Part shown: in pieces, positions 50,438 to 62,970 of the stretch
Position numbering within the stretch: position 1 is the first letter of the stretch
Layout: every line of letters starts with the position of its first letter
Assembly: GCA_963575745.1 (NCBI GenBank)
Contig: CAUYUJ010000248.1
Coordinates: forward strand, 248,001-312,000
Reading direction: 5' to 3'
Length of the DNA stretch: 64,000 bases
From: Prorocentrum cordatum
Taxonomy: Eukaryota
Made by a program: the position numbers and the translations under genes
Notes under the pieces: generated by a model
What the model was told of the DNA's origin: nothing
Seen by the model: only the letters and a program-made list of their open reading frames with translations
Database searches by the model: none

Positions 50438-53400
50438 CGCGGCCGTACGGAACTCAATACTAAAAGGGGGGACCCAGCTTCAAGCTACCCACACACACAC
50501 ACTTCTGTAAGGATTTCTAAGCTAGGAGGGCCCTGGCTAAAGGGGGGGGGGGCTTCGAAGCTAATCCCCCCCTTCCCTCCCTTTTCCAGAGCAGAAGGTG
50601 GGCCCGGGCTTCCCTTTCAAGGGGGGGGGGGGGGGCTTCGGAAGCTACCCCACCCCTCCTCTCCTTTTTGGTTGGTACAGGGGGGGCGGTTTTAAGCTAC
50701 CCCCCTCCCCTCCTGGCAAAGGGGGGGGGGCCCTTCGAAGCTACCCCCCCCCCCCTACCTTCCGGGGGAATCTGGCAAAATGGCGGAATACCTGACGACA
50801 GGTGCGCAACGCCAGCGTAGAGAACGAATTGGAGAATAACGTCGACCCCTGGTTCGTTCTCTTGTTTTCTTCGTTTTATCCGCGGCCACCTGGTTCGTAG
50901 TTCGTTTCTCGGGCCTGGCTTCTTTCTATGATTTTCTATTTTCTCGGCCCCCTGGTTCGTTTTCTTGTTTTCTATTGTTTCGGCTCACTGGGCCGCGGTC
51001 TCGTTTTCCCTGACCCTGGTTCGCGTTCTCGTTTTCCGTTTTCTCGGAGCCGGGTCGTGGCCAAGTTTCTCGGACCCTGCGTCGTTTCCTTTTCTGGCTC
51101 CATGGGTCGTGGTTTCTTTTCTCGGACGTGGTTTAGTTGTCTTGTTTTTCTCGTTGCCTTGCACCTGGGTGGCTCGGTCTCGTTTCTTGAACCCGGCTCC
51201 GTTTTCTAGTTTTTTTGTTTTCTAGGCCCCTGGGTCGTGGTCGCGTTTTCTCGAATCAAAAGTTTTTTTGTGATCTCGGCCCCTGGGTCGTGGTTTCCCC
51301 CGGACTCTGGTTCGTTTTCTCGTTTTCTCGTTCTCTCGGCCCCTGGGTCGTGGATCGTTTCGCGTTTCCTCATTTCCTCTGCTCCTGGGTCGTGGTGTCG
51401 TTCTCTCGGGGTCTGGTTCGTTTTCTAGTTTTTTTGTTTTCTAGGCCCCTGGGTCGTGGTCGCGTTTTCTCGAATCAAAAGTTTTTTTGTGATCTCGGCC
51501 CCTGGGTCGTGGTTTCCCCCGGACTCTGGTTCGTTTTCTCGTTTTCTCGTTCTCTCGGCCCCTGGGTCGTGGATCGTTTCGCGTTTCCTCATTTCCTCTG
51601 CTCCTGGGTCGTGGTGTCGTTCTCTCGGGGTCTGGTTCGTTTTCTAGTTTTTTTGTTTTCCAGGCCCCTGGGTCGTGGTCTCGTTTTCGCAGTTTCGGCT
51701 CGTTGTTTCGTTTTCTTGTTTTCTCGGCCCCTGGGTTGTGGTCCAGTTTTCTCGGGCCCTGATTCCTTTTATCGTTTTCTCGTTTTCTCGGCCCCTGGGT
51801 CGTGGTCCAGTTTTCTCGGACCCTGGTTCGTTTTCGCGTTTTCTGTGCCCTTGGGTCGTGGTCTCGTTTGCTCGGACTTTGGTTTGTTTTCTCGTTTTCT
51901 CGTGTTCTCGGCCCCTGGGTCGTGGTCTCGTGTTTTCGGGCCCGGGTTCGTTGTTTCGTTTTCTCGTTTCCTCGGCTTTTGTTTTTTTTGTGTTGTTTTT
52001 TCGGGCCCCGGTTCGTGATCTCGTTTTCTTGTTTTCTCGGCCCCTGGGTCGTGGTGTCATTTTTCCTCGGACCCTTGTTCGTTTTCTCGTGTTCTCGGCC
52101 CCTGGGTTGTGGTCTTTTCTCGGACCCTGGTTCGGTTTCTCGTGTTCTCCGTTTCTCGGCCCCTGGATTGTGGTTTTGTTTGCTCGGACCCTGGTTCGTT
52201 TTCTCGGCCGTTGGGTCGTGGTCTCGTTTTCTCGTTTTCTCATTGTCTCGGCCCCTTGGGTCGTGGTCTCGGTTTCTCGGGCCTCGGTTCGTTTTCTCAT
52301 TTTCTCGTTTTCTCGGCCCCTGGGTTTTTGTCTCGTTTTCCCATGGTTCGTTGTGTTGTTTTCTCGTTTTCTCGGCCACTGGGTCGTGGTCTCGTTTACT
52401 CGGACCCTGATTCGTTGACTTGTTTTCTTGTTTTATCGTCCCCTGGGTCGTGGTCTTGTTTTTCTCGGACCCTGGTTCGTTTCTTGTTTCCTTGTTTTCT
52501 CGGCCCCTGGGTCGTGGTCCAGTTTTCTCGGACCCTGGTTTGTTATATCGTTTTCGCATTCTCTCTGCCCCTGGGTCGTAGTCTCGTTTTCTCGGACCTC
52601 GTTTCATTTTCTCGTTTTCTTGTTTTCTCGGCCCCTGGGTCGTGGTCTCGTTTTCTCGGACCCTGGTTCGTTTTCTCGTTTTCTCTGCCCCTGGGTCGTG
52701 GTCAAGTTTTCTCAGGCCCTGGTTCGTTTTTCTCGTTGTCTCGTTTTCTCTGCCCCTGGGTCGTGGTCTCGATTTTTCTGACCTTGGTTCGTTTTCACGT
52801 TTTCTCTGCCCCTGGGTCGTGGTCTCGTTTTCTCGGGCCCTGGTTCGTGTTCTCGTTGTCTCGTTTTCTCGGCCCCTGAGTCGTGGTCTCGTGTTCTCGG
52901 CGCCTGGTTCGTGATCTCGTTTTTTCGTTGTCTCGGCCCCTGCGTCGTGGTGTCATTTTTCCTCGGACCCTTGTTCGTTTTCTCGTTGCCTCGTGTTCTC
53001 GGCCCCTGGTTCGTAGTCTCGTTTTCTCGGATCATGATTCCTTTTATCGTTTTCTCGTTTTCTCGGCCCCAGGGTCGTGGCTTCGTTCTCTAGAACCGAT
53101 ATTCGCGTTTTCTCGGTCTGGGTCGTGATCTCGTTTGCTCGGACCTTGGCTTGTTGTATCGTTTTCTCGTATTCTCGGCGCCTGGGTCGTTATCGTGTTT
53201 TCTCGGACTCTGGTTCATTGTCTCGTTTTCTCATGTTCTTGGCTTCTGGGTTTTTATTCCGTTTTCTCGGGCCATGGTTCGTTTTCTCGTTTTTCTCTTT
53301 TCTCGGCCCTTGGGTTGGGTTCTCGCTTTCTCGGGCCCTGGTTCGTTTTTCTCGTTGTCTCGTTTTCTCGGCCCCTGGGTCGTGGTTTCGTTTTCTCGGG

Positions 53401-56400
53401 CACTGGTTTGTTTTCTCGTTGTCTCGTTTTGCCGGCCCCTGGGTCGTGGTTTCGTTTTATCGGACCCTGGTTCGTTTTCGCGTTTTCTCGGCCCCTGGGT
53501 CGTGGTCTCGTTTTCTCTGACCCTGGTTCGTTTTTAGGGACCCTGGTTCGTTTTCTCGTTTTGTCGGCCCCTGGGTCGTGGTTTCGTTTTATCGGACCCT
53601 GGTTCGTTTTCGCGTTTTCTCGGCCCCTGGGTCGTGGTCTCGTTTTTTCTGACCCTGGGTCGTCGTCGTCGTCGGTCGTCGGTCGCGCGTTGTCCGTCGT
53701 CCGTCGTCCGTCGCCGTCTTCGCATGACCTCGTCCTCGTCGTGACGACCACGACGAAGTCATGCGAAGACGGCGACAATGACGGCTACGGCGTCGACAAC
53801 GACGACGAGGACGACGACGGCGTCGCACGAAAACGTCGAGCGACGGCGACGGCAACGACGACGGCGACGGGGAGGATCGTCCGGCAGAGGGAGTTCAAGG
53901 GAGTGGTGGTAGCTTCCAGCAGGGGGGGTTCAAAGGGCGGGGGGGTAGCTAAGTTCTCCCCCCTTTGGAAAGTGGGGGAGGGGGGGGAGCTTCCGGAGCG
54001 GCAAAAGGGGGGGAGGGGGGGGTAGCTCCAAGGGCGGGGGCCAAAAAAGGGGGGAGGGGGGGGAGCTTCCAGCAGGGGTCCAGGGGGGGGGAGGGGTAGC
54101 TAAAGCCCACCCTCCCCTTTGGAATGGGGGGGAGGGGGGGGGAGCTCTCGGAGCGGCAAAAATGGGGGAGGAGGGGGGTAGCGTCCAGGGGGCGACAAGA
54201 CGGGGGGGGGATAGCTGCAAGCAGGGGGGGGACTAATGTTGGTGGGGGGTAGCTAAGGGGGGGACCCCCCTTTGAGGTTCCGCCGCGCGCTCTCTCGATG
54301 TATTGTATGCATGTATGCATGTATGCATCATGCAGTATGCATGTATGATGTATGCATGATATGCATGTATGTAGTGTATGCATGTATTATGTATGTATGT
54401 ATATGTATGTATGTGTATGTATGTATGTATGTGTGAGTCTGAATGTATGTATGTATGCGGAGGTATGAGGGGGTGAGATCGAAGTGGAACGGAGAGCCCC
54501 CCTACCGGGAAATCGATTTCGGTTTCGTGTTCGTGCGTGCCGTGCGTGCGGGCGAGGCGAAGCTGCGTGGGCGGGCGAGAGAAAGTCTCCTGTGGCTGAG
54601 GCGCGGCCGGACCAAATGTCTCCCTTCCGGGCGGCCGGGGCCCCGCGGTGTCCCGCCGGTGTCCCGTTGGTGTCCCGTGTGGCTGAGGCGCGGCCGGACC
54701 AAATGTCTCCCTTCTGGGCGGCCGGGGGGCCGCGGTGTCCCGCCGGTGTCCCGCCGGTGTCCCGCTGGTGTCCCGCTGGTGTCCCACTGGTGTCCCGTCG
54801 GTGTCCCGTCGTGAGATCGATCATTCGTGAGATCAATCGTGAGATCGATAGTGAAATCGATCGTGAGATCGATAGTGAGATCGATAGTGAGACCGATTGT
54901 GATATCGATAGTGATATCGATAGTGAGATCGGTAGTGAGACCGAATGTGAGATCGATCGTGAGATCAATCGTGCGATCGATAGTGGGATCGATAGTTATA
55001 TCGATTGTGATATCGACAGTGAGTTCGATAGTGGATCGATACTGATACCGATAGTGAGATTGATAGTGAGACCGAATGTGAGATCGAGTGTGAGATCGGT
55101 AGTGATATCGATAGTGAGATCGATAGTGAAACCGAATGTGAGATCGATTGTGAGATCGTTAGTGAGATCGATTGTGAGATCGATCGTCATGTCGATTGTG
55201 AGATCGATCGATTGCGATCGATAATGAGATCGACAGTGAGTTCGATAGTGAAATCGTCAGTGAGACCGAATGTGAGATCGATTGCGAGACCGATTTTGAT
55301 ACCGATGGTGAGGTCGATAGTAAAACCGAATGTGAGATCGATAATGCGATCGATAGTGAGTTCGATAGTGAGATCGATAGTCAGACCGAATGTGACATCG
55401 ATTGTGAGATCGATTATGAGATCGATACTGCGATCGGTAGTGGAACCGAATGTGATATCGATAATGGGATCGATACTAATTCCGATCGTGAGATCGATAC
55501 TGAGACCGAATGTAAGATCGAGTGTGATATCGATAGTGAGATCGATAGCGAGACCGAATGTGATATCGATAATGAGATCGATAGTGAGGTCGATAATGAG
55601 ATCGATAGTTAGATCGATTGTGAGATCGATTGCGATATCGATAACAAGATCGATAGTGAGACCGAATGTGGGATCGATCGTGAGATCGATAGTGAGATCG
55701 ATACTGAGATCGGTAGTGAGATCGATCGAGTGCGACGTTGGTCCCTCCCCCCCATCACATCCTTATCACCCGAAGGGTGGTCGTATAGGTATGTATGTAT
55801 GTATTTATGTATGCATGTATGTACGTATGGGCGTGTGTATGTATGTATGTATGTATGCATGCATGCATGTATGTATGTATGTCTGTCTGTATGTATGTAT
55901 GTACGTATGTATGCAGGCAAGTCGGATCAGTCCTGGCAGTCGCTGCTGGACTGGGGTGACCGTCGGATCCAAGATTTCGTTGTTGATTATTGTTGGCGGG
56001 CACCGTTCAACCCTTCAGGGCAGCCCAGCGCTGTCGAATTTTACTCGGTGGTTGCACGACGACGGCGGTTGCGCGAAAGGAGCGTGTTTGAAACCATTAA
56101 TGTTCGCGCGCGGTGAAACTAAAGCAGAGTGGATCTGAACTCGACATGTTAGTTTCCAGACTACGTTTGTGATTGCTTTTGAGCAGATTGCCCCTGCATC
56201 GCAAATTCATGTTTATGATTTCCGTTTCTGGGTTTACGTTTTGTCGATTGTGATTGTTCGGTTTGTTCATTGTTTTGAGCTTTTGGTCGAAATCGACCGT
56301 GCGGTTAGTCAATCGAGTTTCGGCCGTTGTCACATTTCGTGAGCGGGGGGGTTACCGGTTGAACCGAGATGTCGTTGTTATTTCCAAGGGGTGGTTACCC

Positions 56401-57915
56401 TTGAAGACTAGGTTTATGTTGTCGTTGTTTTTCTTGCGCGATCGGTTTCACAAGAGTGTGCCGGGAGTGATCAGGTATGTAGGTAGGTAGGCAGGTATGT
56501 ATGTATGTGCGCATAGATGTGTGCATGCATGTCTGTATGAATGTATGTATAAACACATGTATGTCTGTACGTATGTATGCATGTATGCATGTATGTATGT
56601 ATGTATAGTCCGAGGTGGATCTGGCCTGCGTGACCCGGTGCATCTGCGCCGTCTATTTGGTCACCATCGCGCTGCGGCACGCCAGCCGCGGAATTCTCCG
56701 CACGGAGGAAGACAGACTCCAGGCGCTGGCGCAGGCCGTCAAGGAGGGCGTCAAGGGCCACCCGCGCGCGACCGCGATCCTGCGGCAGCGATGGGCGGCA
56801 GACGCTCCGCGGACCGCCATCCGACCGGGACAAGTCGGCACAGCGCGCGTCCGCCGTCTTCGCCACTGGTTGCAGGACCGCCGGAGACGCAGGGTGCGGC
56901 CAAGATTTGCTTGAGCCAGGGACCCGCTGCCTCTTGCCAGTGTTAAGTCGGGCCTGTCCCTCTACAGGAGGGAAATTTTTAAACAGTCAAAAAAATCAGG
57001 GGACGATGTTTCAACCTTTTTTTTGAGGGGGGGGGCATTTTTGAATATCTTTGAACTACCTATACGACCACCCTTCGGGTGATAAGGAGGTTCGGGGGGG
57101 GGAACCAACGTCTCACTCAATCGGTCTCACTATCGGTCTCACTATCGATCTCACTATCGGTCTCGCTCGATCGATCTCACTCGATCTATATCACTCGCTC
57201 GATCTCACAAGGGACCTGACTATCGATCTCACAATCGTCATCACAATCGATCTCGCATTCGGCCTCACGATCGATCTCACTACCGATATCACAATCGATC
57301 TCACAATCAACGTCATCATCGTCATCGACAACAACATCACCATCATGATCATCATCATCATCATCGGGACACAATCATAATCATTTCATCATCATCGTTA
57401 ACATCATCACCATCATCATCCATCGGGGCACCATCATCATCATCAACAGCAACATCATCATCGAGCATATCATCATCATCATTATCACAATCGGGGGGGC
57501 ATCATCGTCATCACCAGCATCATCACCATCATAATCATCATCATCACCAGGACAGCATAATCAGCATCATCACCATCATTATCAACATCATCGTCGGAGC
57601 ACAATCATCATCATCATCATCATCATCTGCATCGTCATCTCATCATCATCATCAACAGCATCGTCATCACCATAAGCATCATCATCATAGGGGCACCAGC
57701 ATCGTCAACATCATCATCAACATACTCATCATGATCACCATCATCATCGGGACACCGTCAGCATCATCGATATCAGCAACATCATCATCATATCATCATC
57801 ATCACTGGGACACCATGACCATCACCATCATCATCAGCAACATCACCATTATCAGCATCCTTCCCATCAACATCATCGGGACACCATGATCATCACCATC
57901 ACCATCATCACTGTC

Positions 57916-57946
<31 letters not shown>

Positions 57947-59011
57947 ACGTTATCATCATCGGGACACCAGCGGGACACCGGCGGGACACCGGCGGGACCG
58001 CGGGGCCCCGGCCGCCCGGAAGGGAGACATTTGGTCCGGCCGCGTCTCAGCCACAGGGGACACCAGCGGGACACCGGCGGGGCACCGCGGGCCCCCGGCC
58101 GCCCGGAAGGGAGACATTTGGTCCGGCCGCGCCTCAGCCACAGGAGACTTTCCTCTCGCCCGCCCACGCAGCTTCGCCTCGCCCGCACGCACGGCACGCA
58201 CGAACACGAAACCGAAATCGATTTCCCGGTAGGGGGGCTCTCCGTTCCACTTCGATCTCACCCCTTCACCTCCGATTTTTTATTTTTCGTCCAAACTCCT
58301 TCTGTAGGGAGACAGGCCCGACCTAATCGTAGTGTCCTGGCGCAGAGGCCGTGACGTGACCGGCGCCACTTCCAATCGCCCTCGCCTCCTTCCTTCCTCG
58401 CCTCGCCTTGGCCTCCCCTCTCCTCCTCTCCCCCTCCGCGTTGCGGCACGGCGCCGAAGGAAAAAACCGGTCTTGGGTCCCATTTCCGGCCCGGCGCCCG
58501 GGCAATAATTGTCACGGGTGGCCTTTTCGTTGTCCTGGCCGCGTGGCCGAGGGCGTTTCCGCATTTTTTTCCACTAAGCGGATGGATGCCGTCGGGCGTT
58601 TCACACTGGGGTGTGTGCTCCACGCTCGGGCGCATGTCTTGCGCTCGGGTGCTCACCCCTGGGGGCCTCGCGCCTTGTGGGGGCTCGGGACCGTTCCTTG
58701 TTTCTTTCCTGTCTCCTCCCTCCTCTCCGCCCTCTCCTCCTCTCCCCTCCGTCTCGCCCCCCTCTCTCCTCTCTCCCCTCTGCCCTCTGCTCCTCTCTGC
58801 TCCCGCTCTTTTCTCCTTTGCCTTCGTCTTCCCCTCTCTCGGCGTCCTGGTGTTTCTTCCTCTTCTCCTCACCCCCCCTGCTGAGTGGCGGCCCCCTGCT
58901 TCACTGGTGGTTTGGGGCCACCGTGGGGGGGGGGGGGGGGGGCACCTCTAGGACAAGAACGGCGGCAAAGCCCAGGCGATTGCCCGGGTCGACGTACGGC
59001 GCACACAAACG
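49940..59011 (+). CDS. Partial multi-exon gene, hypothetical protein. Proposed exons: ~49940/49944-50012, 50802-50851, 53875-53900, 55917-56047, 56615-56875, 58952-~58998/59011
   Basis: Five consecutive junctions are phase-compatible (0, 2, 1, 0, 0) with AG acceptors and GT/GA donors. They give EERKRRTHGDEKGLRRIAEFCAD|VRNASVENELENNVDPW|IVRQREFKG|KSDQSWQSLLDWGDRRIQDFVVDYCWRAPFNPSGQPSAVEFYS|VDLACVTRCICAVYLVTIALRH...HWLQ|DKNGGKAQAIARVDV. The exons coincide with unique islands among the repeats. Confidence 0.6.
50436..50790. repeat. AGCTACCCCC G/C-run element; inverted relative at 53905-54293
   Basis: Both begin gagcgcg..cggaac.tcaa..ggggg on opposite strands and carry repeated agctacccc motifs. 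Confidence 0.7.
50843..53662. repeat. T-rich satellite (CCCCTGGGTCGTGGTCTCGTTTTCTCGGACCCTGGTTCGTTTTCTCG, ~55-65 bp) with a 219-bp higher-order duplication
   Basis: About 45 degenerate units. Near-exact 219-bp repeat across ~51200-51680. Confidence 0.95.
54458..55791 (+). mobile_element. Non-autonomous element B, copy 1: conserved ~340-bp head, (GAGATCGATAGT)n 12-mer array, 3' CACCC-GAA-GGGTG hairpin
   Basis: Both ends match the inverted copy at 57057-58274. Confidence 0.85.
56946..58323. mobile_element. MITE family A, copy 4, split by nested element B copy 2
   Basis: ta|agtcgggcctgtccctctacagg ... ctgtagggagacaggcccgacc|ta. Confidence 0.82.
57057..58274 (-). mobile_element. Non-autonomous element B, copy 2 (inverted; internal array partly replaced by (ATC)n)
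   Basis: tacctatacgaccacccttcgggtgataagg and tccgttccacttcgatctcacccc are reverse complements of the ends of copy 1. Confidence 0.85.
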
Positions 59012-59306
59012 GTAGGCGTAGCGACGCCTGCCGGATTCACATGCGCGGTAGCAGATGCCATTTCATCCCCCTTTCTTCCCGTCTCCTCCCCCCTCCGCGT
59101 TTGTACACACGCACTATTGCGCGCGTCTTTTGTTTGTGGCACACGTTGCACGCTTGCGCACACTTAGCTCTTCTTTGAAACGTTGCACGGTGCATGGTGT
59201 GAAGTTACGTCAAGTGTTGCGTTGCTGCTCTGCTGCCCAGCAAGCGGCGGTGCTGGGGCGTGGGTTCGGGGTTGCTAGGTGGGAGGCCGCCCCCGAGGGT
59301 TTTCAC

Positions 59307-59363
59307 CGAGCGCGTTCCACTACTCGCAGAATGCCTGCTCGCAAACGCCCGAAAAAATATTAC

Positions 59364-59394
<31 letters not shown>

Positions 59395-59489
59395 CATGCC
59401 TGTTTCGATGTAATATGTCGTAGATCCCCCGCGGCGGATCCAGGCCATTTGCGAGAAGTTTCTTTGCGAGTAGTGGTGGAACGCGCTCG
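59307..59489. mobile_element. MITE-like element with ~40-bp imperfect TIRs around a (TA)n tract
   Basis: cgagcgcgttccactactcgca ... tgcgagtagtggtggaacgcgctcg. Confidence 0.72.
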
Positions 59490-60231
59490 TTTCGGTCTGT
59501 TGGCCCATGTCGGCGCCAGGGCGCAAACCTGGGGTGCTCGTTGGCGCGGTCTGCTCGCCACTGCGGATTTCGGCCGTCCACATGCTCCGCAGGGAGCCCA
59601 GCAGAAATATTATCCAATACAGGCTCATTTAAACTACGAATGCTTCTGGGTTGAAGCGTCCAGTATTTCTTCCGCCTCCTTTCCTCCCCCTTTTTGTCGT
59701 GTTCCTTCCTCCTACAGGGCCTCCTCTCTTAACGTCGCGCTTGACTTTATAGTGTTGGTCGTTTGGGCTCCATAGGATGTTCACAACGTGGCTACTCGAG
59801 CTGGACTGGGGGGAGTCCGGTGCGCAGCCGAATACGTTCGTATTCCTCGCGTTTCACTGCCTGTGCAGTTCGGCTGTTGTCGAGCGTATTCCGTTTCTTC
59901 GTCCGCTCGCTGTCTTCCTGGGTCCTTCTTTCTCCGTTTTCCGTCTCCGTTTACGGTAAAACGATGCACTATCTAGTGATGCTCTTGGGAGCTTCGTTGG
60001 TCGAAGCTTCTCCGCCACCAGTTCGCGCATGGCGCCCGCTGCGAGGCTTTGCCGCCATCAGCTCGCGCATGGCGCCCGCTGCGAGGCGATGTTGCCAGCT
60101 GGTGTGCGCAAGGTTGAAACAATGTATGTGTATGTATGCATGTGTGTATGTATGTATGTATGTATGTATGTATGTATGTATGTATGCCTGCATGTATGCA
60201 TGTACATAAGTATGTATGCACGTGTGCATTG

Positions 60232-60268
<37 letters not shown>

Positions 60269-60919
60269 TGGATGCATGTGTACATGTATGTGTATGTATG
60301 TTCATATATATATATATATATATATACATGGTTGTGTGCATGTATGCGTGTATGTATGTATGTATGTATGTATGTGTATGTGTATGTTTGTTTATTTATG
60401 CTTGTGTATGTCTGTATGCGTGTATGTCTGTCGGTCGGTATGTCTGTATTCATGTGTGTATGTGTATGGTTGTAGGTGTATGTATGTATGTTGGTATGTA
60501 TGTATGTTTGTTTGTATGTATGCATGTGTGTATGTAAGTAGGCTTGCATGTTTGTATGTATGTGTGCAGGTAGTTAGGTATGTTTGTTAGTATGTATGCA
60601 CGCATGAATGCATGCATGCACACATGCACGTACGTGTGAGTATGTTGTAGTGTTGCCCATGTGTATATACATATAGGTCTGTATATACATACATATATAT
60701 ATACTCATATCTATCTATATATATATATATATATGTGTGGTCGGTCCCCCCCCCCAGCGACCCCCCAGAGCGCCCAAAACACGAATCCACATAATCGCTT
60801 CGTTGAAGCCCTTCGTTTTTTCACAACTCACCTTTGGCCTGCCATCCAGGCTGACGAACTCATCCGCTCGGCCCATCCGTCACGGGCACCGTGCGCGCAA
60901 GCATATCGGTTTCGGCCGA

Positions 60920-61402
60920 GGCCACGAAACGCTATGTATTACAAGTTTTTCTGGTTTTTCTGGTCTGGGAATCAACGGAACACTGTGTATTACAAGTTTT
61001 TCTGGTTTTTCTGGTTTCTGGAGCTGGAATGCTCGCCGCGGCCCCACCCCACCGCACCCCCCCCTTGTTTGTCGGCACATGAAAACCAGAAAACCCCAAA
61101 ACAAACTGTCATACACAGCGTTTCGTGGCCTCCGAGCAAGAAAACACTGTATATGACAGTTTTTGTTTTGGGCTTTTTCTGGTTTGGGAATCAACGAAAC
61201 ACTGTGCATGACAGGTTTTTATTGTTTTTCTGGTTTCTGGAGCTGGAATGCTCGCCGCGGCGTCACCCCACCGCACCCCCCCCCCTTTGTTTGTCGGCAC
61301 CTGAAAACCAGAAAAACCAGAAAAACCTGTCATACACTGCATTTCGTCGATCCCAAGACCAGAAAAACCCAAAAAACCTGTCATACACAGCGTTTCGTGG
61401 TT
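60920..61402. mobile_element. Two adjacent foldback/MITE-like units with TTTTTCTGG / CCAGAAAAA inverted arms
   Basis: ggccacgaaacgct...agcgtttcgtggcc bracket unit 1. The core ggagctggaatgctcgccgcgg...ttgtttgtcggcac occurs twice. Confidence 0.75.
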
Positions 61403-61414
61403 TCCAATAGATTT

Positions 61415-61765
61415 AATAATAAAAAAATGGGTTCCCAATAGACAACTAATAGAAACATTTGGTTCCCAATAAAGAACTAATTAAAACCATTGGCTTCGAA
61501 TGGAGAACTAATTAAAACCATCGCCTCCCAATAGAAAACTAATAAAAATCATTGGCTCCCATGTGAAAGCTAATGAAAACCAATGGTTCCCAAGTGAGTA
61601 CTAATTAAAACCATTGGTTCCAGATAGAAAACTAATTAAAACCATAGGTGCTCAATAGAAAACGAAGCCAAACCATTGGCTTTCAATAAAGAACTAATCA
61701 AACTAATTGGTTTCCAATAGGAAACAAAGAAACCCAAACCCAAACCCAAACCCAAACCCAAACCT
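61415..61765. repeat. ~39-bp AT-rich tandem repeat followed by short (AAACCC)n
   Basis: About eight aactaattaaaaccattggttcccaatag-like units. Confidence 0.85.
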
Positions 61766-61791
61766 CACCGGCCACAAGTCAGGTGTGACCC

Positions 61792-62970
<1,179 letters not shown>

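Noticed and set aside
51215..54025. Multiple long F/S/R/V-rich ORFs
   Set aside because: The A-poor satellite lacks stops in several frames at once, so there is no specific coding signal.
61729..61765. (AAACCC)n as a telomere
   Set aside because: Only about five units, internal, and different from the TTTAGGG-type repeat.
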